Below are positions 1-9,078 of a stretch of DNA of 64,000 bases, in pieces. Numbering within the stretch: position 1 is the first letter of the stretch; every line of letters begins with the position of its first letter. The stretch spans positions 532 through 64,531 of the forward strand of contig MGTI01000045.1 of NCBI GenBank assembly GCA_001799365.1, given 5' to 3'. The notes below the pieces were generated by a model. That model worked only from the letters and a program-made list of their open reading frames with translations, made no database searches and was not told the origin of the DNA. This stretch comes from Desulfobacterales bacterium GWB2_56_26. Its GTDB lineage: Bacteria; Desulfobacterota; Desulfobulbia; Desulfobulbales; Desulfocapsaceae. Position numbers and translations under genes: made by a program.

Positions 1-44
1 TGGAGATGGGCAGTCTGGTGAAGGTCCTGCGGCAGCTCGGCTGA
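1..44 (+). CDS. 3' end of an unidentified gene entering the window (...EMGSLVKVLRQLG*)
   Basis: Open frame with coding-like codons ending at TGA 42-44, followed by an AT-richer intergenic stretch. Too short to identify. Confidence 0.4.
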   Translation, partial: EMGSLVKVLRQLG

Positions 45-53
45 AATTTCGTA

Positions 54-177
54 AGCCATCAGCTCTTAGCTACATCATGAGCAAAGGCAGATAGATCTTC
101 ATCCACGCAGCTTATAGTACATATTCTTCGTTTATATGAAAGGAAGCTGACAGCTGAATGCTGACAGCTGATAGCTC
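54..177. repeat. Imperfect inverted repeat built from heptamers (GCTGACA/GCTGAAT/GCTGATA)
   Basis: Left arm AGCCATCAGCTCTTAGCT; right arm AGCTGACAGCTGAATGCTGACAGCTGATAGCT abutting the MFS stop codon; lies between convergent genes. Confidence 0.55.
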
Positions 178-1357
178 ATCTATCGCCGTCGATGGTACCC
201 CGGCGCAGGGAAATCATAATTGCGCAGCCGACCAGCAGACCGGCCAGGGTTGCCAGCGGCACAGTAAATGAGTGCAGGGTGTCGAAGGCCATCCCCGCCA
301 GGATCGGCGACAGCGATGCCGGAATATTGCTGGAGAACAGCCAGCCGTACACCTGGCCGACCTTTTCCGCCCCCCAGCAACGGGCGGCGGACGACACGTA
401 GATGACGAGCACCCCGCCATAGTTGAAGCCGGTCAAAACTGCCACCGTCCAGAAGCCATACTGCGAACCGAGCAAGGCGGGGGCGGTCAGCAGCACCAGG
501 GCCTGGCAAATGAGATTGGCCCGGATCGCCGACGTTGACCGCACCCGATCAAAGATCATTCCCCAGACGACCCGGCCGGCCGCATTGGCCAAGGCAAAGA
601 GCGAGACGGCGGTGATGCCGATCCGCACCGCATCGCCATCTCCCCGGTACAGCTCTTTCAGATTGGCGTTGACGGCAAATCCGGCGGCAAGGCCCACGAA
701 CATCGCGCCGTAGAGGGTGCGAAAACCGGGATGCTTGAGAATTTCTCCTTTCTTCACCGATGGAACCGAAACCCGCGGGGACTCCTTTTCCGGAAAGCGC
801 ATGGTGGCGCCGGCGAGGGCCACGGTGGTCATGAAGATCAAACCGAAGATGAAAAAGGTCTCGAACGGCGTCTTGCCCAGGTCGGCCATGAGCCAGCCGC
901 CGGTCTGGCTGACCAGGGCGGCTCCTCCGCCGAAGCCGGCGACGGCTACACCGGTCACCAGTCCCTTGGCTCTCGGGAACCAGCGGATGCAGACGGCGAT
1001 GGGAACAATGTAGGCCATGCCGGCCCCGATTCCGGCGAGGAGGCCGATGCCCAGGATGGTAAAGACGAAGCTGTGCACGCCGAGACTAGCCAGCAGCCAG
1101 CCGCCGCCGAAACAGAGTCCGCCGGTTACCGCACAGACCCGCGGTCCGAGGCGCGGCAGCAGCATTCCGGCGAACATCATGGTCAGCGGGAAAACGAAGT
1201 AGAACACGGTGAAGGGAATCTGCGCCGACCCCTGCTGCAGCCCGGCCAGGGCCTTCAAGGGCTGGACATAGACGCTCCACGAGTAGGTGGCGCCCAGACA
1301 CATCTGCATGAGCACGGCGGCAGGAAGAATGATATATCGCAAGGTATTTCCTTCCAT
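176..1357 (-). CDS. MFS transporter, OFA (oxalate/formate antiporter-like) family
   Basis: About 12 hydrophobic segments; motifs MQMCLGATYSWSV, RWFP-x2-KGLVTG, GFGGG, NAAGRVVWG-x2-DR. Start moved to ATG 1357 (MEGNTLRY) because the upstream 48 codons span promoter/operator sequence. Confidence 0.85.
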   Translation of the reverse strand: MEGNTLRYIILPAAVLMQMCLGATYSWSVYVQPLKALAGLQQGSAQIPFTVFYFVFPLTMMFAGMLLPRLGPRVCAVTGGLCFGGGWLLASLGVHSFVFTILGIGLLAGIGAGMAYIVPIAVCIRWFPRAKGLVTGVAVAGFGGGAALVSQTGGWLMADLGKTPFETFFIFGLIFMTTVALAGATMRFPEKESPRVSVPSVKKGEILKHPGFRTLYGAMFVGLAAGFAVNANLKELYRGDGDAVRIGITAVSLFALANAAGRVVWGMIFDRVRSTSAIRANLICQALVLLTAPALLGSQYGFWTVAVLTGFNYGGVLVIYVSSAARCWGAEKVGQVYGWLFSSNIPASLSPILAGMAFDTLHSFTVPLATLAGLLVGCAIMISLRRGTIDGDR

Positions 1358-1491
1358 TTGTTGGGTAAAGATAGGTACGGGACAGGCCCGACCGGTTCGG
1401 TCGATCCGCCGCCGAGCCTTTGGCAACGAATCGGAGTAACAACGCTGTTTCTTTACCTTTCCCGAGGAGAGGTTGTCAAGAAGTTCGTTGG

Positions 1492-1507
1492 AATTGGTCA
1501 TACCAAT
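1492..1507. promoter_or_regulatory. FadR/GntR-family operator-like palindrome AATTGGTCATACCAAT
   Basis: Matches the PdhR/LldR-type consensus AATTGGTnnnACCAATT; lies just upstream of a TTGACA hexamer (1474-1479, minus strand) facing the MFS gene. Confidence 0.6.
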
Positions 1508-1633
1508 AGCTGCACATTCATTTGAAAAGCAACAGTTGACTTTGGTATCATTAGAAAGAATAAGTTGTCTTATGATTTGAATAGGACTAGAGGGTGAGTC
1601 AATATCGAAAGGAAATTCTGCGGTTAGAGGATG

Positions 1634-1669
1634 GCCTGATTTTGGTCTCTTAAAAGACCAAAATCAGGC
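1634..1669. promoter_or_regulatory. Perfect 15-bp inverted repeat upstream of ackA
   Basis: GCCTGATTTTGGTCT-cttaaa-AGACCAAAATCAGGC in the divergent MFS/ackA intergenic region. Confidence 0.5.
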
Positions 1670-1838
1670 TTGACCCAAGGGTAATTTATCAGTTGCCGAC
1701 AGGATGGCGACAGGGTATCTAGTGTCCTGTCATCGCATCTTGCTTGCCTAGCGGTGGGTGACAAGGAATGGGTGTGGCTTTTTTCGCGCCCCTATTCATT
1801 ACGGAGCACATGAACAGTACGCCAAGGATGAAAAGGAA

Positions 1839-3050
1839 ATGAAAATACTCGTGATCAACTCCGGAAGTTCGTCGATCAAATTTCAGCTTCTCGACATGCA
1901 GGACGAATCGGTCCTGGCATCCGGTCTGGTCGAGAGAATCGGCGAAGCGGAGGGCCTGATAAAATGTACCCTGCGGCCTGGGACGAACAGGGAAACCACC
2001 ACCAAGAACATCTGTGCGGTACCCGACCACACCACGGGGATGCGGCTCGCGGTCGATTTGCTCACGGATAAAGAGCAGGGCGTCATCGCCGACCGCTCCG
2101 AGATTGCCGCGGTGGGGCACCGGGTGGTGCACGGAGGCGAGGACTTTCATCGGCCCACGGTCATCGACGCTGAGGTCATGGCGGCCATCGAAAAAAACAT
2201 TCCGCTCGCGCCGCTGCATAATCCGGCGAATATCGACGGCATTCGGGTGGCCCAGGAGCTTTTTGCCGGCGTTCCGCAGGTGGCGGTTTTCGACACCGCC
2301 TTCCATCAGACCATTCCGCCCCATGCCTATCATTACGCCATCCCGTACGAGTTGTACGAGAAGGAGCGGATCCGCCGCTACGGCTTTCATGGGACTTCCC
2401 ACAAATTCGTGGCCAGTGAGTGCGCAAAACTGATGGGCAGGGAGCTCGCCACCTTTAATGTGATAACCATCCATCTCGGCAACGGCTGCTCAATGACGGC
2501 GGTGGAGAACGGCAAAAGTGTCGATACCAGTCTCGGCTTCACGCCGCTCGAAGGCCTGGTCATGGGGACCAGAAGCGGCGATGTAGATCCGGCGATCCAT
2601 GCTTTTCTCGCCCGCAACTGCAATCTGGACATCGAGGCCATCGATCGACTGCTGAACAAGGAGTCCGGCCTGAAAGGCCTCTGCGGCATGAACGATATGC
2701 GCGATATCCATACTGCGATTGCCGCCGGCAACGAACGGGCCAAACTCGCCCTCGAAGTCCAGACCTACCGCAACAGAAAATACATTGGAGCCTTTATGGC
2801 CGTACTCGGCCGGGTGGATGCGATCGTTTTTACCGCCGGCATCGGCGAAAACGACGAGGTGGTGCGGGAGAAGAGTCTTGCGGGGCTTGCGCCCTTCGGT
2901 ATCGTCCTCGACCGCAAGGCCAACAGCCAGCGGATCAAGCAGCCCACCCTGCTCAGCAGCCCGGAGAGCCTGGTGCAGATCTGGGGCATCCCCACCAACG
3001 AAGAACTGGCCATTGCCCGCGAAACCAAAGGGGTCATAGAAAAGGACTGA
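1839..3050 (+). CDS. ackA: Acetate kinase
   Basis: MKILVINSGSSSIKFQL, GHRVVHGG, APLHNP, FDTAFHQT, RRYGFHGTSH, FTAGIGEN, PTNEELAIA. ATG 1839 preceded by AAGGA. Confidence 0.97.
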   Translation: MKILVINSGSSSIKFQLLDMQDESVLASGLVERIGEAEGLIKCTLRPGTNRETTTKNICAVPDHTTGMRLAVDLLTDKEQGVIADRSEIAAVGHRVVHGGEDFHRPTVIDAEVMAAIEKNIPLAPLHNPANIDGIRVAQELFAGVPQVAVFDTAFHQTIPPHAYHYAIPYELYEKERIRRYGFHGTSHKFVASECAKLMGRELATFNVITIHLGNGCSMTAVENGKSVDTSLGFTPLEGLVMGTRSGDVDPAIHAFLARNCNLDIEAIDRLLNKESGLKGLCGMNDMRDIHTAIAAGNERAKLALEVQTYRNRKYIGAFMAVLGRVDAIVFTAGIGENDEVVREKSLAGLAPFGIVLDRKANSQRIKQPTLLSSPESLVQIWGIPTNEELAIARETKGVIEKD

Positions 3051-3137
3051 GCGATGAGGACTGAGGACTGAGGAAAAGATTTGTGCTTTGTTCTTGCGTT
3101 GTTACTCAGTCCTCATTGCTCAGTCCTCAGTCCTTTT
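3040..3137. repeat. Inverted repeat of tandem TGAGGAC heptamers between convergent ackA and ycaO; probable bidirectional terminator or stabilising hairpin
   Basis: AAAAGGACTGAGCGATGAGGACTGAGGACTGAG ... CTCAGTCCTCATTGCTCAGTCCTCAGTCCTTTT; contains both stop codons. Confidence 0.75.
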
Positions 3138-4895
3138 ATGTCTCGCCTTAATCTCATGCAGCTGCTCATAGATCTGTAAGAGCTGACCATGGGCCGCTGA
3201 GGTCTCTTTCCAGGTCCTGCCGAAATGTAAGCCGGGGAAGGTGATCCGGCCGGCGATGATCCGCCTTGCCTCCTCAACCTCAAAATCCCGGTAAAAGAGT
3301 GAAAAACCGGTGCCGAAACTGTCAAGATCTTCGCCGACCAGGATAAAGCCCAGCAGGGTATGCAGCAGGCGGTAGAGCCGCAGCCGCTCCGGGGGTAAGG
3401 CGGCATAATCGAGGCACCAGCCGCACCATTCCGCCGCGTCCTCGCGGTTGCCCATGGCTAGGTGAAGCATGGCCTTCAATTCCCCGAATCGGAGGGTGGT
3501 CCAGGCGGAAGACTCGTCGAACAGGATGCCGATGCAGCCGGCCACCAGCTGATGATCGTTGTAGCTCATGACCTCAAGGCGGTCGAGGAAATCGGCCAGC
3601 GCAGGCTTCTTCATGCCCGGCAGGCGGAGGAGTTCCGTGCGCAGGGAGGCGCCCGCGGCCCGGTTGTTCCAGATCAGATCGTCGATGGGGTAGATCTCCG
3701 ACATGCCGGGGGCGAGTATCCGGCAGCTGTATAAGCCGCAATGGCAGTATTCGGCGCGGTAAAGGGATCCACCCTCGGCCTCGATAAGCGCTGTGAGTCG
3801 TTTGAACTCGTCTTCGGTTGAGCCGTGGAATTCCCAGGGCGAGAAAGAAAAGTCGGCCTTGTCCCGGAACATCGACCAGGCGAGCAGGCCGTCGGAATCG
3901 ACGAAATGGCTCTCCAGGTTGAAGGGATCGGCCACCGCCGACAGGTCGTGGCTCGGCGGATGGAAATGGCGCAGGCTGTCGAGGTTGCGGCCCTGCAGCA
4001 GTTCGGTCAAGGTTCGCTCGATAGCGGTTTCGAACCTACAGCTGGCACCGAAGGCCGCGTAGGTGCCGCCGCTGGCAGTATCGGCGAGCAGGGCGCAGAT
4101 CACCGGAAAACGGCCGCCGAGCGAGCCGTCCTTGACCCGGACGATAAAACCGTGGTCGGCCAGGGTGTCGAGGATACCGCTGAGCCTTGGGTTCTTTTTC
4201 AGCACCGCCTCCGGAACATTGGGCAGGCTCACGCCCTTGCTGATAATGATATTCTTGACGTACCGTTCGACGATCTCGGCGATAGCCTGGGCGCAGCATT
4301 CCGTAGGGGAATTGCCGGCGGCCATACCGTTGCTGACGTAGAGATTGTTGAGCAGGCTGACCGGGAAATAGACGGGTTTGCCGCCCTGGGAGAGGCTGCG
4401 GAAGGGCAGGGCGCAGATGCCCCGTCTGGTCGATTCGGTGTTGTTGTCGCAGAGATGGTCGAAACGCAGCTCGCCGTCGGGATCGTACAGGGCGCGGAGC
4501 CGGCCGTCGAGCAGTTCGGTGCCGTCCGGCCCGGCGATCGGCACTGCCTCATCGCCTTCTGGCGGAAACCATTTTTCGTCCGGATAATAAAAAAACGGCT
4601 GTTCCACCTCGCGCTCGTCGAGAAAATATTCGGCGAAGAAGAAATTGGTCTGGAGCCGCTCGAAGAACTCGCCCAGGGCACTGGCCTGGCAGGCCAGCCG
4701 CGACGTCCCTTTGCCGTTGGTGTAGAGATGGGGACAGGCGGCGGCGCGCAGATGCACCGACCAGCAGTCCGGTGCCGGATTCTGCCAGCTTACCGTCTCC
4801 GTCGGAAAATTGAGGGTTTCAAGCAGGGTGGTTGCCTTGACGATGGTATCTTCGAGGGAGGCATCCTTGCCGGGAATAAAAGTCTTTGGGGTCAT
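3120..4895 (-). CDS. ycaO: YcaO-family protein (ribosomal protein S12 methylthiotransferase accessory-factor type)
   Basis: TFIPGKDASLE N-terminus, TNGKG, ASALGEFFERL, LYVSNGMAAGN, ERTLTELLQGR, PGMSEIYP. No RiPP precursor nearby. Confidence 0.9.
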   Translation of the reverse strand: MTPKTFIPGKDASLEDTIVKATTLLETLNFPTETVSWQNPAPDCWSVHLRAAACPHLYTNGKGTSRLACQASALGEFFERLQTNFFFAEYFLDEREVEQPFFYYPDEKWFPPEGDEAVPIAGPDGTELLDGRLRALYDPDGELRFDHLCDNNTESTRRGICALPFRSLSQGGKPVYFPVSLLNNLYVSNGMAAGNSPTECCAQAIAEIVERYVKNIIISKGVSLPNVPEAVLKKNPRLSGILDTLADHGFIVRVKDGSLGGRFPVICALLADTASGGTYAAFGASCRFETAIERTLTELLQGRNLDSLRHFHPPSHDLSAVADPFNLESHFVDSDGLLAWSMFRDKADFSFSPWEFHGSTEDEFKRLTALIEAEGGSLYRAEYCHCGLYSCRILAPGMSEIYPIDDLIWNNRAAGASLRTELLRLPGMKKPALADFLDRLEVMSYNDHQLVAGCIGILFDESSAWTTLRFGELKAMLHLAMGNREDAAEWCGWCLDYAALPPERLRLYRLLHTLLGFILVGEDLDSFGTGFSLFYRDFEVEEARRIIAGRITFPGLHFGRTWKETSAAHGQLLQIYEQLHEIKARHKRTED

Positions 4896-5139
4896 GATAT
4901 GGCACAGCGGAAAAATGGATAACAAGGGGATGGAGAGGCAACCGGAGCGGTGGCCTCCACAGGTAGATACCATGCCGGTCCATCATGCACAACAGGGATG
5001 ATGCGGATTTCGTGAAAAGCCGGCCAGGTTGCAGCCGGGAGGCGGGAGCAAAAGCTTGTTCCCGCCGCCACACCACGGTTTTGCACCTATTCGGAAAGGT
5101 GATTATGGCAGGGCGGCAGGAACAGGAAGTCGATAAAAA

Positions 5140-6447
5140 TTACTGGATCTTTCCACCCGCCCGGAGCGAGTCGGCGAGCATCTCGACGACGAAGCGGACT
5201 TTCTCGCCCGATTCGTGCTGTTGCAGATTGTCCTGGATATGCATGACGCAGGTCGGGCAGCCGGTCGCCACATACTCGACGCCGGCATCCTTGATGTTTT
5301 TCACCTTGTGGTTGTTGATCTTGATCGCGGTATCGTAGTGGGTGATGCAGTAACTGCCCGCGCTGCCGCAGCAGACCGTGGCATCCTTCATCTCGCGGAA
5401 CTCGACGCCGGGGATCATCTTTAAAAGCTTGCGGGGCTGTTCGGTGATGCCTTGCCCGCGCACCATGTGGCAGGGATCGTGATAGGTCACCTTGTAGGGC
5501 AATCTCCCCAGTTCCTCAGGCTTTATGTCTATGTTCTTTTCGATGAATTCGTTGATGTCGTAGACCTTGCCGGTGAAGTCGCGCAATTCCCGGCTGTCGT
5601 CCAGGAAAAGCTTAATCTCCTTTTTCAGGGCCATGCCGCAGGACGAGCAGGCGACGACGATGGCATCCAGGTTGTAGTGCTTAAACAGTTCGAAGTTGTG
5701 GGTCATGAACATCTTTGCCCCGTCGTAGTCGCCGTTAGCCAGCACCGGGGTGCCGTTGCATTTCTGGCCCTTCGGGATGACCACCTCGCAGCCGTAGCCG
5801 GTGAGGATGTCCACCACCGATTTGACTACGCCCGTGTAGATGAGATTGCCGGCGCAGCCGGTGAAATAGCCGACGCGCATTTTAACTGGCCCCTCTTTCG
5901 GCGGGATCACCTCGGGGTAGAGGCTCTGGGCGCTGCGCAGGGCCATCTGCGGGAAGAAGCGGCGTTTGGAGAAACCGAAAAGCGGAAACAGATGGCGGAC
6001 GGGGTTGTTTGGGCCGATGCCGAAAAGGGCCCGCTGGGCCAGGCCAATGATCATGGCGGCTAGGGTCATCGGCCATTTGTGCCAGAGCAGCTGGCGGAAA
6101 ATGAGGGCCTTGAAGAAGCCCAGTCCCTGCTGAGTGGTGATATACCAGCGCAGCCTGAGGACCACGTGTTCCGGGCTAACCCCGGCCGGGCAGTTGGCCG
6201 AACAGGTCTTGCAGTTCAGGCATTCGTTGATGGCGTCTTTGACCCTCTCGGTGATCTGCAGGTCGCCCGAAACCAGCTTTTCGGCGAGCTTGTTCTTGCC
6301 GCGGGCTACGTAAAGTTCGTTGCCCATCTCTTTGAATACCGGGCAGACACTGCGGCATTTGCCGCACTGCATGCATTTCTGGAATTCCTTGGCGGCCTCA
6401 AGAAGATGTTCTTCGGCCTGTCGTTTGGTTGCGGTGGGAGTATTCAT
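5140..6447 (-). CDS. Fe-S/CCG-domain subunit of a glycolate or D-lactate dehydrogenase (GlcF-like)
   Basis: Two CxxCxxCxxxCP motifs plus CCG-domain motifs (YFTGC, TYHDPCH, CCGSAG, TGCPTC); directly downstream of the GlcD-like gene. Confidence 0.88.
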   Translation of the reverse strand: MNTPTATKRQAEEHLLEAAKEFQKCMQCGKCRSVCPVFKEMGNELYVARGKNKLAEKLVSGDLQITERVKDAINECLNCKTCSANCPAGVSPEHVVLRLRWYITTQQGLGFFKALIFRQLLWHKWPMTLAAMIIGLAQRALFGIGPNNPVRHLFPLFGFSKRRFFPQMALRSAQSLYPEVIPPKEGPVKMRVGYFTGCAGNLIYTGVVKSVVDILTGYGCEVVIPKGQKCNGTPVLANGDYDGAKMFMTHNFELFKHYNLDAIVVACSSCGMALKKEIKLFLDDSRELRDFTGKVYDINEFIEKNIDIKPEELGRLPYKVTYHDPCHMVRGQGITEQPRKLLKMIPGVEFREMKDATVCCGSAGSYCITHYDTAIKINNHKVKNIKDAGVEYVATGCPTCVMHIQDNLQQHESGEKVRFVVEMLADSLRAGGKIQ

Positions 6448-6462
6448 CTGTCGATACCTCGC

Positions 6463-7857
6463 TTAAACGGTCCGGTCTTCGGGCATGTCGAACATCTTGC
6501 CGGGATTGAGGAGGTTCTCCGGATCGAAAGTCTTCTTGATGTTCTGCAGCAGCCTGATGCCAGCTCCGCCGAGCTGTTTTTCGAGGAACGGCTTTTTCTC
6601 CAGACCGATTCCGTGCTCGCCGGAAATAGTGCCGTCGAGATCGATGGCCAGCTGGAACAGTTCGGCAACCGCTTTCTCGGTGCGGGCCATTTCGTCCTTG
6701 TCGCGCATGTCGACAAGGAAGGTCGGATGGAGATTGCCGTCGCCGGCGTGGCCGAAGATGCCGACCTGGAGCTGGTATTTCTTGGCGATATCGGTGATTC
6801 CCCGGACCATGTCCGGCAGTTTCGAGCGCATCACCGTGGCATCTTCGAGGATCAGATTGGGTCGTACGCTGGCCAGGGCATTGAGGGCGACCCGGCGGCC
6901 GGCGAACATTTTATCCCTTTCCTCGGAGGATTTGGCCCGGGCAAATTCCCGGATGTCGTTTTTGCGTACTTCGGCCTCAACCTTGGCCATTTCGGCGATG
7001 GCCGAGTTTTTCTCGCCGTCTGTTTCAATAAGCAGCACCGCCTCGGCATCCCGGGGCAGACCGCAGTCCTTGAAATTCTGGATGGCGTTGATGGTGGCGT
7101 TGTCCATGAATTCCATGGTCGAAGGGGTGACGCCGGCGGCGATGATGGCCGAAACTGCTTTGGCGGCGCCATCAAGGCTATTGAAGATGGCAAGCGCCGA
7201 CTCCCGATGCTCCGGAATCGGCAGGAGGGAGAGGGTGACCTCGGTCATGATGCCCAGCATCCCTTCGCTGCCGACGAAGATCCCTTCCATGTTGAAGCCG
7301 GCGACGTGTTTGACGCATTTATTGCCGAGAATGACGATGTCGCCCTGAGGTAAAACAACCTTCATCATCTTGACGTAATCCTTGGTGACCCCGTATTTCA
7401 GGCCTCGCAGCCCCCCGGCATTTTCGGCGACATTGCCGCCGATGGTGGAAAAGCCCACGCTGCCGGGATCGGGCGGATAGAAGAGGCCGGCTTGGGCGGC
7501 AATCGGGTCGATATCGGCGGTGGTGAGGCCAGCCTCGACGGTGATGAGCCGATTGGCGGGATCGAAGTCGATAATCCGTTTCATCCGGTCCATAACCAGA
7601 ACAACACCTTTTTTAAGCGGCACCGAGCCACCTGACAAGCCGCTGCCTTGCCCCCGGGGCGTGACCGGAATATGTTCCCGATAAGCAAATCTCATCAACT
7701 GACTGATCTGTTCGGTCGTGCTGGGGAAGACCACCGCTTCAGGCTCTATTTCGACGTGGGAGGCGTCATAGCTGTAGGCAATCATGTCCTCTTTTTCAAA
7801 AAGAGTATTGGTCGTTCCGAAAATGGCCTGCAATTCCTCGATCTGGCTTTTTTTCAT
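6463..7857 (-). CDS. FAD-linked oxidase subunit of a glycolate or D-lactate dehydrogenase (GlcD-like)
   Basis: PRGQGSGLSGG, FYPPDPGS, TIGGNVAENAGG, KYGVTKDYV, GSEG, GHAGDGNLH, SGEHGIG, NPGK. The substrate cannot be determined from sequence. Confidence 0.9.
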   Translation of the reverse strand: MKKSQIEELQAIFGTTNTLFEKEDMIAYSYDASHVEIEPEAVVFPSTTEQISQLMRFAYREHIPVTPRGQGSGLSGGSVPLKKGVVLVMDRMKRIIDFDPANRLITVEAGLTTADIDPIAAQAGLFYPPDPGSVGFSTIGGNVAENAGGLRGLKYGVTKDYVKMMKVVLPQGDIVILGNKCVKHVAGFNMEGIFVGSEGMLGIMTEVTLSLLPIPEHRESALAIFNSLDGAAKAVSAIIAAGVTPSTMEFMDNATINAIQNFKDCGLPRDAEAVLLIETDGEKNSAIAEMAKVEAEVRKNDIREFARAKSSEERDKMFAGRRVALNALASVRPNLILEDATVMRSKLPDMVRGITDIAKKYQLQVGIFGHAGDGNLHPTFLVDMRDKDEMARTEKAVAELFQLAIDLDGTISGEHGIGLEKKPFLEKQLGGAGIRLLQNIKKTFDPENLLNPGKMFDMPEDRTV

Positions 7858-7985
7858 GTTGTACTCCATCAACGTGGGACAATATCTGGTTGGGTTGGTG
7901 ATCCGCTATGCTGGTGAATACATCTCATATTAGACGAAGAGCAGGTCGATGGCTCGGTTAAACCGTCGATGGCATACTCAAAGCC

Positions 7986-8027
7986 AATGGTAGTACCAAT
8001 TTTAAAAGATACCAATGTTCTTGTCAA
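7986..8027 (-). promoter_or_regulatory. Sigma-70 promoter of the glcD/F-like operon with an overlapping FadR-type operator
   Basis: Minus strand TTGACA (8027-8022), 17 bp, TAAAAT (8004-7999). Palindrome AATTGGTACTACCATT (8001-7986) overlaps the -10 and start site; extra half-site ATTGGTATC in the spacer. Confidence 0.75.
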
Positions 8028-8344
8028 GGCAAAAGAGCCGGGCAGTGGATGGTTGGGACAACATCATGAAATGTTAACATAAAAAATGATACAGGATGTA
8101 TTCTTCCGCGAATACAAGGATCGATACCAATGCGATCACCAGAGGGAAGGTGTGTCCCCGAGGCCGATTCTTCCGGCCTCTCTTTTTTCCGTTCCTCCCC
8201 CAAATGTTCTGTAACTCACCGGGATATGGGAAAAGTTATTACTTTGACTTTCTTTGTCGTACCTATTATAATGCCCGCGAATTTGAACTTCAGACAGAGG
8301 CTAAGGGTATGGCTGAGTCAGGCGTGGGGGTGGGATGACGTGTC

Positions 8345-8524
8345 ATGAATACGGGTAGATGTAAAAACCATCCTCTGGTCGAAAGTTCCTACTACTGCGC
8401 GAAATATCAGTACTACCTCTGCCCTGATTGTCTCAAGTGTTCAGATCCTCAGTTCTACTGCAAGTTCCGTACTGCCTGCATCATTTGTTTTTTTGAGAAA
8501 GAAAAGAAAGAGAAGCTGTCCTGA
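8345..8524 (+). CDS. Small Cys-rich putative metal-binding protein, 59 aa (absent from the ORF track)
   Basis: Manual translation MNTGRCKNHPLVESSYYCAKYQYYLCPDCLKCSDPQFYCKFRTACIICFFEKEKKEKLS. 8 Cys plus His in a B-box-like spacing; followed by hairpin CGGCA-aacc-TGCCG-TTT. Confidence 0.75.
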   Translation: MNTGRCKNHPLVESSYYCAKYQYYLCPDCLKCSDPQFYCKFRTACIICFFEKEKKEKLS

Positions 8525-9078
8525 GACGGACGGTGCACCACACGGCAAACCTGCCGTTTCGATGATCTGGAAATAGGTTTACGTTTCCGTCAATGTAACA
8601 TTTGCCGTGAAATTGCCGAGATGAGACGGATCGCTGTGGTATCAATCTGAATGATATGATTTAGCAGAAAAAAAAATCAGAAGTTTATTCCAGAATTAAT
8701 GGAGTTTTAAAGGAAATTTACGCAATTACAAGTTGTAAGTGGAAAAATATATGATATATTTCGGCGGTGCTTCAGAGCATGCTCGGGGGAGATTCGGAGG
8801 GTGTCTTTTATGCGCTGCAAGTTGTTTATTTTCTTTGCACAAATTCTTTGCACACTTTGCAAATCGCGGCCCCTCCGGGGGTAATGAAAAAGTTGTGAAG
8901 ATTTTACGTAAAGATATGTATATCGCACCAGGGGAACTCACTGCCCAGGGCCCGGTTCAGGGGTAAGAGTATTCGGTTTGTTGATTGGGCGATTTGTGCT
9001 GTTTCACCGGATACAGCTGCGCGATGAGTAAAAGAAGATGATTCACCCAGCGTTTCCCCGGCAAATAAGGAAACCCGC

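Noticed and set aside
3040-3137. CRISPR array
   Set aside because: The units are 7 bp without unique spacers, and there are no cas genes in the window.
3120-4895. YcaO as part of a RiPP or thioamide biosynthetic cluster
   Set aside because: No adjacent precursor peptide, E1-like partner, TfuA or dehydrogenase; the sequence resembles the stand-alone type.
8522-8650. Possible Sec read-through of the 59-aa Cys-rich ORF; the frame stays open for 41 codons and includes a CxxC
   Set aside because: The TGA follows a Lys/Glu tail typical of a C-terminus, and the following hairpin has a G-less loop and a T-run, resembling a terminator.
8893-8910. TTGTGAAGATTTTACG upstream of acsV as a Rex or CRP/FNR-type site
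   Set aside because: Half-site spacing is one base short of GTGAA-n4-TTCAC, and I found no convincing second copy.
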